A stretch of DNA of 64,000 nucleotides from a virus (taxonomy: Duplodnaviria; Caudoviricetes): the IMG/VR virus record IMGVR_UViG_3300027747_002427; one strand, written 5' to 3'. Below are positions 1-9,598 of the stretch, piece after piece (the first letter of the stretch is position 1; each line of letters starts with the position of its first letter). Below the pieces are notes generated by a model that ran no database searches, had not been told where the DNA came from, and was given only the letters and a program-made list of their open reading frames with translations. The position numbers and the translations under genes were made by a program.

Positions 1-18
1 TAAATATATTCACAACAT

Positions 19-786
19 ATGTCACTCATTAAATCATACCTCTCCGTATTAAACGAAGACACCAAGAAGACCTCCAATGTAGTCGCTGATAACACTGGAG
101 AACTTGAAGGTTCTGAAAAGGCCAAGAATTTCGTTAAGGATTCCGGACCTGATGCAAATTGCACAGTCGAAACTCCAGTTGAAGGCAAATCACAAGCAGA
201 CGTAACACCAGAGGAGTCAGCTCCTAAGTCAGTTAAGTCTGAATCAACAAATCCTTTCGACGTTCTTTATAATAAGGTTTTAGCCCAAGAAAATTGGGAG
301 CTTGAAGAAGCTGAAGAGGAAGAAGAAGCCGGTGATGATAAGCCATTAGAATTTGCTGGTTTAGGTGAGCCAGAAGGCACCGCAGCTCATGAGCATGGCG
401 AAGAATTAGGTCTCGAAGCAGTATTAGCTCATCTTAAAGGTGCAGTAGAAGCTTTAGAGAAATTAGTTTCCAGTGCAGTAAGCGATGAAGAAGAAGTTAC
501 TGTTGGTGAAGAAGGGTCAGAAGTTGCTGAGCCAGTTGTACCAGAAGCCGTTGAAGCAGAAGTACTTGGTCATGCACTTAAGGATTCAGAAAAACTCTCA
601 GCCGGTTTAACAAAAGGACATGAAGTCAAAGGTGCAGTACCAGTTACTAAGAAAGCTGGTTCAGTTGTAAAGGGTCCTAAGGTAGACGGAGAGCCAGAAG
701 AGCTCAAGGGTAACCCAGAAGAATTACACGATAAGAGCAAGCAAAATGTTGGTGGTGTAACCCCAGGTAAGTCACTTTTCGCATAA
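19..786 (+). CDS. Highly acidic hypothetical protein (possible prohead core/scaffold-like)
   Basis: 255 aa, very E/D-rich; preceded by TAAATA motif and followed by a strong terminator; no recognisable catalytic motif. Confidence 0.4.
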   Translation: MSLIKSYLSVLNEDTKKTSNVVADNTGELEGSEKAKNFVKDSGPDANCTVETPVEGKSQADVTPEESAPKSVKSESTNPFDVLYNKVLAQENWELEEAEEEEEAGDDKPLEFAGLGEPEGTAAHEHGEELGLEAVLAHLKGAVEALEKLVSSAVSDEEEVTVGEEGSEVAEPVVPEAVEAEVLGHALKDSEKLSAGLTKGHEVKGAVPVTKKAGSVVKGPKVDGEPEELKGNPEELHDKSKQNVGGVTPGKSLFA

Positions 787-810
787 GGTTAATATAATAA
801 ATATATCAAT

Positions 811-843
811 AAAAAACTCCGTCGCAAGACGGAGTTTTTTTTT
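811..843. terminator. Bidirectional rho-independent terminator
   Basis: AAAAAACTCCGTC-GCAA-GACGGAGTTTTTTTTT: perfect stem, GNRA tetraloop, A-tract and T-tract flanks, just downstream of ORF 19..786. Confidence 0.9.
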
Positions 844-855
844 ACCCAAATTCCC

Positions 856-861
856 TAAGTA
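856..861 (+). promoter_or_regulatory. Late-promoter-like motif TAAGTA
   Basis: 5 nt upstream of ATG 867, immediately after the terminator; same motif recurs before many structural genes. Confidence 0.55.
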
Positions 862-866
862 TCTTT

Positions 867-1205
867 ATGCAAGAAAGCTTTTCTTCATTTTTTAAAAATT
901 CTACACCTCATACTAGAGAACATCAACAGAACCCTATGAGGTCAATGAATAGAAAACACTTGAATCAAGTGCCTTATTCCAAGGGCCAACAAGCTAATGA
1001 TCCTTTAGTAGATAGAATTGTAAAAAATGACAAATACGGAAAGTGGCCAAATATTGGTTATGCAACAGGGAAGAGATTAGCTAAGACTTATCACATTAAT
1101 CATACAGAAGATAAAGCATATTCCAAATCTATTAATCGCACTGGCATAACTTTAAGTTATAACCCACAAACAAAGAAATTTGGTTTGGAAAGATTAAAAA
1201 AATAA
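867..1205 (+). CDS. Hypothetical basic protein
   Basis: 112 aa ORF, tightly packed with next gene. Confidence 0.55.
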   Translation: MQESFSSFFKNSTPHTREHQQNPMRSMNRKHLNQVPYSKGQQANDPLVDRIVKNDKYGKWPNIGYATGKRLAKTYHINHTEDKAYSKSINRTGITLSYNPQTKKFGLERLKK

Positions 1206-1206
1206 T

Positions 1207-1845
1207 ATGGAATCTCTACGTTATTTAAATAAAGAATACAACCTTAATGAAAGGTCAAACTTTAATGGTTGGTGGAAAGAACAAATTAATATTAATGGAC
1301 AAGAAGTTCAATATTTTACAAATGCTACAGTTCTTTCTGGTTCTAATTTCTTATACGGAGAAGATCCTTCTGCTGGTTTTAATCCATCTCAGCCTTTAAT
1401 AGTTTTATTGAATATTAGTAATGATTCTATTTTATTATCTAAATTTGGTATTATTGCTGATAGTGATTTATCTGGAGTAATTCATTATGAAACATATACA
1501 GAAACTTTCGGAGCTTCAACAGAACCAAAAGCCGGAGACGTAATGACCTTGTCTGAATTTGGTTCTGATCGTTTAAATTATCCTAAGAGAGGACCTAACA
1601 CTTATCAATTGACAGAAGTCATAGATGAGTTTCAAGGTAATCCATTAGGAGGTCATTATGTTTGGTTTTTCAAAGCTAAGCGCTACGATTACAGTATGGA
1701 AGGAAATGGAGCTAATAATCCAGGTCCTGGTCAAGGCAATGTAGCGCTTGATGATAACAATGCAGCTAATGCAGCAGGGTTAGAAAACTTTGATTACGTA
1801 GAAGAAAATCCTTGTAGTAATACTGGTATATACGGCGGTTATTAA
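1207..1845 (+). CDS. Neck/head-completion protein, T4 gp14-like
   Basis: C-terminal PKAGDV...YQLTEV..EFQGNPLGGHYVWFFKAKRYDYS pattern resembles gp14-type neck proteins; structural context. Confidence 0.55.
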   Translation: MESLRYLNKEYNLNERSNFNGWWKEQININGQEVQYFTNATVLSGSNFLYGEDPSAGFNPSQPLIVLLNISNDSILLSKFGIIADSDLSGVIHYETYTETFGASTEPKAGDVMTLSEFGSDRLNYPKRGPNTYQLTEVIDEFQGNPLGGHYVWFFKAKRYDYSMEGNGANNPGPGQGNVALDDNNAANAAGLENFDYVEENPCSNTGIYGGY

Positions 1846-2162
1846 TCTACGTATTCAGTTTCTAATTCTGGATGCTCTTCACTTTGAGGTTCTGAGTAAC
1901 AAATTTTAATTTTATACTGTTCCTCTAAAATCTTTTTGAAAATAATATTTTCTGTTGATTCCATGTATTTGTGAATAGCTAAAGGTTTAAATTCTACATC
2001 ATCTATTTTAATACCTTTTTCCTCCGCTTTATCAGCAATAATATTAACTGCTTCATAAAGAGCAATCCATCTTGAAAGAGTAGATGCTTCTTGTTTGGTT
2101 TTATCCCACCAAGGCAAAGGGTTTTGCATAGGGCCTAGTTCTGTGTCGTGTTTTGTGTTCAT
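1842..2162 (-). CDS. Hypothetical protein
   Basis: ORF track 1842..2210; start moved to MNTKHD (2162) to remove overlap with upstream gene; shares a TTAA stop palindrome with the convergent gene. Confidence 0.55.
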   Translation of the reverse strand: MNTKHDTELGPMQNPLPWWDKTKQEASTLSRWIALYEAVNIIADKAEEKGIKIDDVEFKPLAIHKYMESTENIIFKKILEEQYKIKICYSEPQSEEHPELETEYVD

Positions 2163-2166
2163 ATTT

Positions 2167-2595
2167 TTATGCTTCGATAGGAGGAGGTGTAGGTAATGCT
2201 GGAGGAGCAATATCTACTGGTTCGGTTATTCTAGCTACTGTAAAATTAATAGTCACTACATTTTTACCAGAACATTTATCACAATGAAATTCAATCCTCT
2301 CATTTTGATCTGGAATAAAGGTAATGATATTAGGTGCTTTGCAATAAGCACATTCTAATAGACTAGATAATTGCTCTAATTTATCTAACTCTTTTAATCG
2401 AGTCTTTTGACTAAAATAATTGTTGACTATATTAGCTAAAAATGTAAACAATACATATTGTATACAAGTTGCTAAAATAAATGGAACCCAAAAATTTCCA
2501 TTAATTAATTTGACGGATAAACCCACCATAGTCGAAATGAATAAGACGACTCCAGTGGATTTGATGAATGCTATAATATTTTTGTTAATCTTCAT
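2167..2595 (-). CDS. Membrane protein with C-terminal Zn-ribbon
   Basis: Two hydrophobic helices (VVLFISTMVGLSV; FWVPFILATCIQYVLFTFLA) then CAYC...CDKC; likely start MKINKN at 2595. Confidence 0.6.
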   Translation of the reverse strand: MKINKNIIAFIKSTGVVLFISTMVGLSVKLINGNFWVPFILATCIQYVLFTFLANIVNNYFSQKTRLKELDKLEQLSSLLECAYCKAPNIITFIPDQNERIEFHCDKCSGKNVVTINFTVARITEPVDIAPPALPTPPPIEA

Positions 2596-2640
2596 GACTA
2601 GAAGATTTTGTATCAAATTGACTGGAACGTCAACAAGATT

Positions 2641-3096
2641 CTACTGATGTCCGGGGGTTTGTGGAGGCAAAGGACCTGCTAATGGGGCTACTGTTAATAG
2701 TTCATCTCCTATTAACTTTATATTTTGTAATGTCTTTATAGCACCTTTGTGTAATTGTTCTAATTGTCTTTTTTGATTATCAGAAATTGCTGCGTTCTGG
2801 TCAAGGCATGTTTTTATTTTATTTGTAGCAGCTGTTAAATAAACAAAGCTGTCTGCTAAATCATCAGAAACTGTTTGAAGTGGCCATGGCAAACTTTGGG
2901 TTTGTTCTGGTTGAGGTTCTGTAGGAGGAAATACAGGAGGGGCATTATGTTGATATGGGAAATTATACCCATCCTGTGTACTGAATCCGACAAAGTCTTT
3001 ACGAGGCGCTTCACTGGCTGCTCCGTAGTGAGCATTATTCCAGAGAGTGCTTATATCTTCATTGATAGCCTCGTTTAAAACCTTGTCCAAATCCAT
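2641..3096 (-). CDS. Hypothetical protein
   Basis: 151 aa, Pro-rich linker plus helical C-terminus; packed in the minus-strand block. Confidence 0.55.
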   Translation of the reverse strand: MDLDKVLNEAINEDISTLWNNAHYGAASEAPRKDFVGFSTQDGYNFPYQHNAPPVFPPTEPQPEQTQSLPWPLQTVSDDLADSFVYLTAATNKIKTCLDQNAAISDNQKRQLEQLHKGAIKTLQNIKLIGDELLTVAPLAGPLPPQTPGHQ

Positions 3097-3097
3097 A

Positions 3098-3283
3098 TTA
3101 AGCTACTTTTCCCTGTCTTACAAGATTACCGCAGCGACCACATTGCCAGCGAATATTCTTTTCTACTTTCTTAGTTCTTTGATCTACAACACTCTCAACT
3201 ATTCTACCGTCAACATGAGCACCACAAAAGGTGCATGCTATAGGTCTATTAGCGAGACTTTGATATTCTGGTCTATTATTCAT
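3098..3283 (-). CDS. Small Zn-ribbon protein
   Basis: CTFC...CGRC; start MNNRPEY (3283) lies 7 nt after a TAAATA motif. Confidence 0.6.
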   Translation of the reverse strand: MNNRPEYQSLANRPIACTFCGAHVDGRIVESVVDQRTKKVEKNIRWQCGRCGNLVRQGKVA

Positions 3284-3293
3284 ATTGATATAT

Positions 3294-4190
3294 TTACTTG
3301 TTATCACTTGGTTTCCAAGTAGAAATAACTTCACCATGTTTATTTTCTTTATTATGCTGGTGTTTATTTGCTTCTTCTAATTGCTTAGCTACATGAAGTT
3401 CTTTAAATTTATGGGTGATAAATTTACATAATTCTGAACGAACAATATCTTCTTCACTTAATTCCATACAGTATATGCCTTGAGTTTTAGCCTCATCGTT
3501 ATTGAATAATTCATACACTTTATTGAAACCCGACTTTCCATACGGAAGATCACTTTGTTCTGGGTCACCACAGAGAAACACTTTGGAAAATTCACCTATA
3601 CGACTCATGAGTGTGTGTATTTCTCTAGTTGAAAAGTTTTGAACTTCATCAGCACAAATGAATTTTGCAGAGAAATGAAGACCTCTAGCAAAATTAATAG
3701 GACATATAGTTAATCTATTATCTTTTTGAAGCTTATCTAATTGTGCTTTACAAAGAAGCTCTTCAAATTTATCATGAAAGGGTGTAAGATATACAGCTAT
3801 CTTTTCATCCAAAGTTCCTGGTAAGAAACCAAGTTTAGAATCCGAAGACTCAACTGCAGAACGAACTAGAACCATATCGGATATTCTCTTCATATTAAGA
3901 AGAGTCAATCCGCAATACATGGCAAGAGTTGTTTTAGAAGTTCCAGCTGGACCCTTCAATAAAAGAACTTTAGTACCTTTATCTAAAAATCTAGAAATGA
4001 TTTCTTTCTGTTTATTAGTCCAAGGTAAATTCTTAATAGTTAAATCAAATGAGATTTTATCTCTTTGAAATACATAAGGAGAATTGTCTGAGGTTTTTCC
4101 AGGTTCAACGGTAACTGGAGCCGTTTCGTGGCGGATACGACCTGATTGCTTTCGGTCATTTCCCTTTTTTGAGTGGGGTTTTTTACCCAT
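3294..4190 (-). CDS. phoH: PhoH-family ATPase
   Basis: GPAGTSKT Walker A variant, LVRSAVE, LGFLPG, RG and ADEVQN, GDPEQSD, IVRS motifs typical of PhoH. Confidence 0.92.
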   Translation of the reverse strand: MGKKPHSKKGNDRKQSGRIRHETAPVTVEPGKTSDNSPYVFQRDKISFDLTIKNLPWTNKQKEIISRFLDKGTKVLLLKGPAGTSKTTLAMYCGLTLLNMKRISDMVLVRSAVESSDSKLGFLPGTLDEKIAVYLTPFHDKFEELLCKAQLDKLQKDNRLTICPINFARGLHFSAKFICADEVQNFSTREIHTLMSRIGEFSKVFLCGDPEQSDLPYGKSGFNKVYELFNNDEAKTQGIYCMELSEEDIVRSELCKFITHKFKELHVAKQLEEANKHQHNKENKHGEVISTWKPSDNK

Positions 4191-4203
4191 ATATAAAATT
4201 GTA

Positions 4204-4611
4204 TTAAGCTACTGCTCCGGGTACTGTTGTTTGAATTGCGTTAGATGATGGAGAACTTGTTGCAGGAGTAGTTGGAGTTGCAGGAGTAGTTGGTGTTGTA
4301 GTCGAACTCGGTTGACTTCCTGCTATTTTAACATCTAATCCAGATTTTGTTAAAAGTTCTAAAGCGGTTTTTTGATCTTCTGGACTAAGACTAGAAAATT
4401 TAGTAGGTGTTTTATCGTTTAAAACATCAGCCATTTTTGTTAAGATGTCATGATTCTCACCACCTTGTGTACCTAATTTGTCAAAAGTAGCATTTACAAT
4501 CTTTTGTGTTTGAGATGGTAAATTCTTTATAGCATTACCTGCTTGATTTAATGTAGCGGATGTTACATTGGTTTCGGCTTCGTTTATTATTTGATCAAAT
4601 TTTGTCATCAT
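4204..4611 (-). CDS. Hypothetical protein with Thr/Pro-rich tail
   Basis: 135 aa; TAAATA immediately upstream; C-terminal TTPATPTTPAT repeat. Confidence 0.6.
   Translation of the reverse strand: MMTKFDQIINEAETNVTSATLNQAGNAIKNLPSQTQKIVNATFDKLGTQGGENHDILTKMADVLNDKTPTKFSSLSPEDQKTALELLTKSGLDVKIAGSQPSSTTTPTTPATPTTPATSSPSSNAIQTTVPGAVA
4259..4294. repeat. 18-bp tandem repeat x2
   Basis: GTTGCAGGAGTAGTTGG(A/T) twice; encodes the PTTPAT repeat on the minus strand. Confidence 0.8.
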
Positions 4612-4681
4612 TATTATTTACTCTCAAATATGCAATAAATTATTTTTTTAAAAAAAATATCAAAACGTGCCTTTTGTAGGA

Positions 4682-4687
4682 TAAATA
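4682..4687 (+). promoter_or_regulatory. Late-promoter-like motif TAAATA upstream of tail sheath
   Basis: GATAAATAG in the divergent intergenic region, 15 nt before ATG 4703. Confidence 0.55.
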
Positions 4688-4702
4688 GTCTCATAAATTT
4701 AT

Positions 4703-7114
4703 ATGTCTACTCTAACCTTAGCATCACCTGGTGTACAAATCAATGAAGTCGATCTTAGTCTTTTGGCTAGAACTACTGGAGCAACAAACATCTTAGTCAC
4801 GGGATTTGCCGATAAGGGTCCTACCGATGAAGTTGTAAACGTAGGAAGCTTAACTGAATATGAAGAAGTATTCGGTTCTCCTACAACCGGTGCAGAAAGA
4901 TATCTTTATCAATCTGCAAAACAAATTTTAACACAATCTAATGGTAATCTTTTAGTTTCAAGAGTACCTTACGGATCAGGCACAGGAGCAGGATTTTCAA
5001 ATACATACAGTGCTTTAGTATATCCTATTACATCAAATAATAATTCTAGTTTTGCTACTTCAACAAGCTATACAATATTAGCTCCTAAGTCAGTTCTCTT
5101 GACCGAAGATCAATACAATTCTATATTAGCTGGTGATGTTACATGGAGTTCTTCTAATAGTTTCTTAACAAGTTCTACAAATGTCGTAGCGGCTAGTACA
5201 ACACCGTTTAGTACAATTTCCAGTGTCTATTTTAGTGATGACATTAATGTAAGTCCGTTCAATGGTGTACGCCCACAAGATATTATTCAATACCCTTGGA
5301 GTAGTGGTGCTTATCGTGTATCATTCTATACAAGAAGTTACAATTCATCTTTAAGTGCATTCGGAGCTTATAATCCTAGAGAAGTAACAGATTTTTCAAC
5401 CATTGGCAATGCCGGATTGGTTGTATTAAACCCTTCTAAGCTTTCAGTTAATAATCTTTTTGAAGGTTATTATATAGGTATCGCTGATAATTCCAATAAT
5501 AACCCAGCTTCAGATTTCACATCTATCACTGGTATCAGAGCAGCTCAGTCTGTTAATGGTACATATCAATCATTTGTGACTGTTCCAAATTCAAGATTGA
5601 ATTTCAATCTTCAAACTCCATTTACTTCAACAGAAACTAGTATTTCTGAAATTGTAGAGAAGTTCCCAGTTGGTTACGATTTCAGTTCACAATCATTTAA
5701 TGATTGCTTAACTTTGGTGGTGTTTAAGATTCGTTCTTCTATATATTCTCAAGACACTGTATCATTGGATTATGTAACTCAAGAAGGTTACACAGGTTCA
5801 TTATATGGAGACAGAACACAAAATAATGCCAACGGTGGATCACCAGTTACTTTTGCATTAGAAAATGTTGCAAATCAACGTTCCAATAACATCAAAGTAT
5901 TGGTAAACCCAAATATTTCAAGAGCACCAGAATGGATTGGTGATGATGGTATACCACAAAAGTCTGTAAGAGTAGCAGATGCCGCTAAGAATTTATATTC
6001 AGAGGGTGTTTATATTTCAAACACAAATTCAGTATCTAAAGACGTAGGAAATATACCTTTAAAGCTACAACGTATCTTAAACAATGTTGATACATTAGAC
6101 ATTCCTTTAGACGTAACAGCAGAAGCTGGATTAGGAACCATATGGGCAAGTGCCAAGGCTCGTCACGCTGATGTGAATTATGGTAACAATTTAGATTCTA
6201 ACCCTTATCTCTATGATGAATATTATAACTTAAACATCTCAGATCTTAAGAAACAAACAGATGGTTATACATCACAAGTTGCATTAGATTATAATACTGT
6301 AGCATCTCAGTTTGTAAGTTTTGCAGAAAACACTCGTAAAGATCATGTGTTTATTGCAGATCCTTTAAAGGCTATCTTCATTTCAGGAAATGATATCAAG
6401 ACTTCCAAGCTCAAAGGTTATGTATTCTCATCTGATGTGTATTGGGCTATCAAGAATCTTTATGCTTCTTCAGTTTCTAGTTACACTGCAGTTTATGGTA
6501 ACTGGGTCAAGGTTAATGACGTAGCAGCCGACAAGCAAGTGTGGGTACCAGCTTCTGGTTATGCCGCGACAGTATTTGCTCAAAGCGCAGCAACATCATT
6601 CCCATGGTCCGCTCCTGCTGGATTCAATCGTGGTGCATTAACAAATGTACTTGATTTAGCAATCAATCCTACACAGAAGCATCGAGATCTTCTCTATAGA
6701 ATCAACATTAACCCTATTGCCTACTTCCCTGGTGATGGTTATGTGATCTATGGACAAAAGACACTCTTCACAAAGCCATCTGCTTTTGATAGAATCAATG
6801 TTCGTAGATTGTTCTTGACTTTAGAAAAATCAACACAACAGGTTCTTAAGTACTTCGTATTTGAACCAAATACATTTACAACAAGAACACGTCTTGTAAA
6901 CACACTCAACCCAATCTTCAATCAAGCCAAGAACAACAATGGCTTATATGATTTCAAGATTGTTTGTGACGAGCGTAACAATACACCTGACGTAATTGAT
7001 CAAAATCAATTGAAGGTTTCAATTTATATCCAACCAGTAAGAACCGCTGAATTCATCTTAGCAGACTTCATTGCAACACAAACTGGAGTCAACTTTAATG
7101 AATTAATTGGTTAA
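4703..7114 (+). CDS. gp18: Contractile tail sheath protein (T4 gp18-like)
   Basis: N-terminal SPGVQINEVDLS, GFADKGP; C-terminal PWSAPAGFNRG, INPI, GQKT, FDRINVRRLF, FEPN, CDERNNTPDVID, QPVRTAEFI. Confidence 0.97.
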   Translation: MSTLTLASPGVQINEVDLSLLARTTGATNILVTGFADKGPTDEVVNVGSLTEYEEVFGSPTTGAERYLYQSAKQILTQSNGNLLVSRVPYGSGTGAGFSNTYSALVYPITSNNNSSFATSTSYTILAPKSVLLTEDQYNSILAGDVTWSSSNSFLTSSTNVVAASTTPFSTISSVYFSDDINVSPFNGVRPQDIIQYPWSSGAYRVSFYTRSYNSSLSAFGAYNPREVTDFSTIGNAGLVVLNPSKLSVNNLFEGYYIGIADNSNNNPASDFTSITGIRAAQSVNGTYQSFVTVPNSRLNFNLQTPFTSTETSISEIVEKFPVGYDFSSQSFNDCLTLVVFKIRSSIYSQDTVSLDYVTQEGYTGSLYGDRTQNNANGGSPVTFALENVANQRSNNIKVLVNPNISRAPEWIGDDGIPQKSVRVADAAKNLYSEGVYISNTNSVSKDVGNIPLKLQRILNNVDTLDIPLDVTAEAGLGTIWASAKARHADVNYGNNLDSNPYLYDEYYNLNISDLKKQTDGYTSQVALDYNTVASQFVSFAENTRKDHVFIADPLKAIFISGNDIKTSKLKGYVFSSDVYWAIKNLYASSVSSYTAVYGNWVKVNDVAADKQVWVPASGYAATVFAQSAATSFPWSAPAGFNRGALTNVLDLAINPTQKHRDLLYRININPIAYFPGDGYVIYGQKTLFTKPSAFDRINVRRLFLTLEKSTQQVLKYFVFEPNTFTTRTRLVNTLNPIFNQAKNNNGLYDFKIVCDERNNTPDVIDQNQLKVSIYIQPVRTAEFILADFIATQTGVNFNELIG

Positions 7115-7122
7115 TATAAGGA

Positions 7123-7128
7123 TAAATA
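7123..7128 (+). promoter_or_regulatory. Late-promoter-like motif TAAATA
   Basis: GATAAATATATCATATG: 6 nt before the tail tube ATG. Confidence 0.6.
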
Positions 7129-7134
7129 TATCAT

Positions 7135-7695
7135 ATGCCTAATCTATTCGAAAACCAAGCAATTAATAATTTCTATGATGTAGCGTTGCAAAGAGATTTT
7201 GCACGTACAAACCTTTTCAGAGTTTTAAACATTAACTCAGGAGCAACCAACGTTAACTTTGGTCCCGAGGATTTGGTTTATGTTACTACTACAACATTAC
7301 CTCAACGTTCCATCAACAACGTTCCAGTTCCTTTCATGGGATTAAATTTCAATGTTCCTGGAACTGTAAAGTATCCAAACAGTGAAGCATGGAATGTAAC
7401 ATTCAGAATGCCACAAGATCTTGGAATAAGACAAAAATTAGAACAATGGTCAAGAGGTACATTCGATGAACAAGGTATTACAGGTAGTTCTGGAGCTTAT
7501 AATTTAGGTGACACTGGTTCTGTAGAATTAGCTCTTATGGGTAAAGGTGGTCAACCAATTGCTAATTATACTCTATACGGTGCTTATTGTGCTACTATCG
7601 GAGAATATGCTTTAGACATTCAAGCTTCCGGAGAAATAGTAACTCAAGCAGCTACTATTGCTTACAGTTACTGGTCTAGCAGTTTAGCTATCTAA
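7135..7695 (+). CDS. gp19: Tail tube protein (T4 gp19-like)
   Basis: Follows the sheath; 186 aa; DFARTNLFRV, VPFMG..FNVPG, W.VTF, LEQW pattern of the gp19 fold. Confidence 0.88.
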   Translation: MPNLFENQAINNFYDVALQRDFARTNLFRVLNINSGATNVNFGPEDLVYVTTTTLPQRSINNVPVPFMGLNFNVPGTVKYPNSEAWNVTFRMPQDLGIRQKLEQWSRGTFDEQGITGSSGAYNLGDTGSVELALMGKGGQPIANYTLYGAYCATIGEYALDIQASGEIVTQAATIAYSYWSSSLAI

Positions 7696-7711
7696 TTAAA
7701 ATATATCTGGA

Positions 7712-7717
7712 TAAGTA
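7712..7717 (+). promoter_or_regulatory. Late-promoter-like motif TAAGTA
   Basis: TAAGTATTCTATATG, identical 15-mer to the one at 10449-10463. Confidence 0.6.
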
Positions 7718-7723
7718 TTCTAT

Positions 7724-8590
7724 ATGGCCAGTAGTGCTTATGAATCCTTTTTCCAGATTTTAGGTGACTGGGGTTCCAGTATACCATTAGAAAGTCAATG
7801 GTTTGTTCATTTTGATTTACAAGGTGTACCAGCTTTAAAGGGTAATGTAGGAGCTGCAATTAAGGTTTTTGATTCAGCTCCGGATTGGAATATTACTTCT
7901 AATATTACATCTCAGTTAAAAAAAGATCTATATAATCCTCCAAAAGAAAAATTAATGGGTTGCGTTTTTGCTAGACAAGTCTCTTTACCCGGAGAAACTA
8001 TCAATACAAGTAATAACGATCTTAAATATGGAGGATATTTAGGACCAGTCACTTCTTCTAATAGAGAAAGTTATAATAAATTAAGTATAACTTTTAATGA
8101 AACTAATGCATCTTTTGTAGATTTCATTATGAGACCCTGGCTTATATTAGTGGGTTATAATGGGTTGATTGCAAGAGCAACTGGTTCTGCTAAAAATGTG
8201 AAATGCCCAGCAGTTGATGTTGTGTACCTAGGCAAAACTGGAGCAAAAAAACCTATGACTATGCGTAAAATAATAACATTTTATAATGTTGCACCGGTTA
8301 GTATAGAAGATTCACAGAACACTTATGCAGCTGATGGATTATCTTATAATAAAGTCGATTTTGTTTTTGACTATTACAGTGTCAGTGAAGGAAAATCTGG
8401 TGATTTTTTCTCAAATAATGTAGCTCAACCAGCAGTTGCTTCTACGACTCCTAATACCACAAGATCCCTTAATAATGGAACAAATGGAAATTCTGATAAC
8501 GGTACTTCTGGATCTATACCTGGGTCTTCAATACCCACTATAACGGTGAAAACACCTAGCTATAAAACAGATAACCCCACTCCACAATAG
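7724..8590 (+). CDS. Tail-tube-fold baseplate protein (gp54/gp19-like tube initiator)
   Basis: FARQVSLPGE, LSITFNET, ITFYNVAPVSI, VDFVFDYY match the tube fold; S/T/N-rich C-terminal tail. Confidence 0.6.
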   Translation: MASSAYESFFQILGDWGSSIPLESQWFVHFDLQGVPALKGNVGAAIKVFDSAPDWNITSNITSQLKKDLYNPPKEKLMGCVFARQVSLPGETINTSNNDLKYGGYLGPVTSSNRESYNKLSITFNETNASFVDFIMRPWLILVGYNGLIARATGSAKNVKCPAVDVVYLGKTGAKKPMTMRKIITFYNVAPVSIEDSQNTYAADGLSYNKVDFVFDYYSVSEGKSGDFFSNNVAQPAVASTTPNTTRSLNNGTNGNSDNGTSGSIPGSSIPTITVKTPSYKTDNPTPQ

Positions 8591-8624
8591 TGGATATATA
8601 GAAGAATATTAATAAATTATATTA

Positions 8625-9593
8625 ATGTCTTATTATCTACACAATGTAGAAATGCCTTTTTGTGGTAAAAATATTTCTTTTAGAGAAATAAAAAGTATTG
8701 AACAATTAGCTATATCAAAAGCTAATTTAGCAATGCCTTCTGGTAATAATGAACCTGTATTATACAATGATTTTTTAAAAAATATAATTTTTCAATGTGT
8801 AGAAAATCAAGAAGTATTGAAAGAATTAAACATTATTGAATATATTCTTTTTGCTACGAAATTAAGAATGGTTTGTTTTGGTTCTAGTTTAGAACTTCAA
8901 CAAAATTTAGAAGAGTCTGAACAAAAAGACGTTAAAAAAATTAAAATAAATGTAGATTTACAAACATTTATAAAAAATTTATATGAAGCGTCCAAACATA
9001 TAAGTTCAATTTCTATTAATATTCAAAACATAGAAGTATTTTTAAATTGGCCTAATCATAAAGACCAAAATTATTTTTTTAAAATAGATAATTCAGAAAT
9101 AAATTCTACATTGTCTTCTTTATGTCTTTTTATTAAAAAAATAAAAATCATAGATCAAATTATTAATATGTGGGATTTCTCATTAGAAGAAAGGGAGAAT
9201 ATTTTTAATAATCTTCCTCTTTCTATTAGAACAAAAATTCAAAATGAAATAATTAAAGTATTACGCAATCAAACTTCTTCGGATTTATTTGGTATAAAAC
9301 AATTAAATGATTACAAATTTAGTTTTTATAGTACAACATATTTAGAACTTTTAAAATTGTTTTATTCCTTTGATTTAAAAGAAATATACAAAGAATATTA
9401 TGTATTAGCCCAAAGACATATACAACCTTCGTATATAAATGAAATTACTACTATAGAGCGCAAGCTTTATTTGTCTATAATACAAGAAGAAAAAGTGAGT
9501 AGAAGTTCTCCCGGTGATACAGGAGGTGTTACCCCACCAGAAACTACATTAGAAGATTTGGCTCGTGAATTTGGGGATCATTTGCCTAATTAA
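8625..9593 (+). CDS. Baseplate hub assembly protein (gp26/gp51-like)
   Basis: Position after tube genes; ISFRE...EQL..., LNIIEYILFATKLR pattern; C-terminal gp51-like YYVLAQRH...TTIERKLYL. Confidence 0.5.
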   Translation: MSYYLHNVEMPFCGKNISFREIKSIEQLAISKANLAMPSGNNEPVLYNDFLKNIIFQCVENQEVLKELNIIEYILFATKLRMVCFGSSLELQQNLEESEQKDVKKIKINVDLQTFIKNLYEASKHISSISINIQNIEVFLNWPNHKDQNYFFKIDNSEINSTLSSLCLFIKKIKIIDQIINMWDFSLEERENIFNNLPLSIRTKIQNEIIKVLRNQTSSDLFGIKQLNDYKFSFYSTTYLELLKLFYSFDLKEIYKEYYVLAQRHIQPSYINEITTIERKLYLSIIQEEKVSRSSPGDTGGVTPPETTLEDLAREFGDHLPN

Positions 9594-9598
9594 ATTAT

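Noticed and set aside
2420-3322. Plus-strand ORFs 2420..2647, 2875..3078 and 3047..3322
   Set aside because: Antisense shadows of the tightly packed minus-strand genes; no motifs
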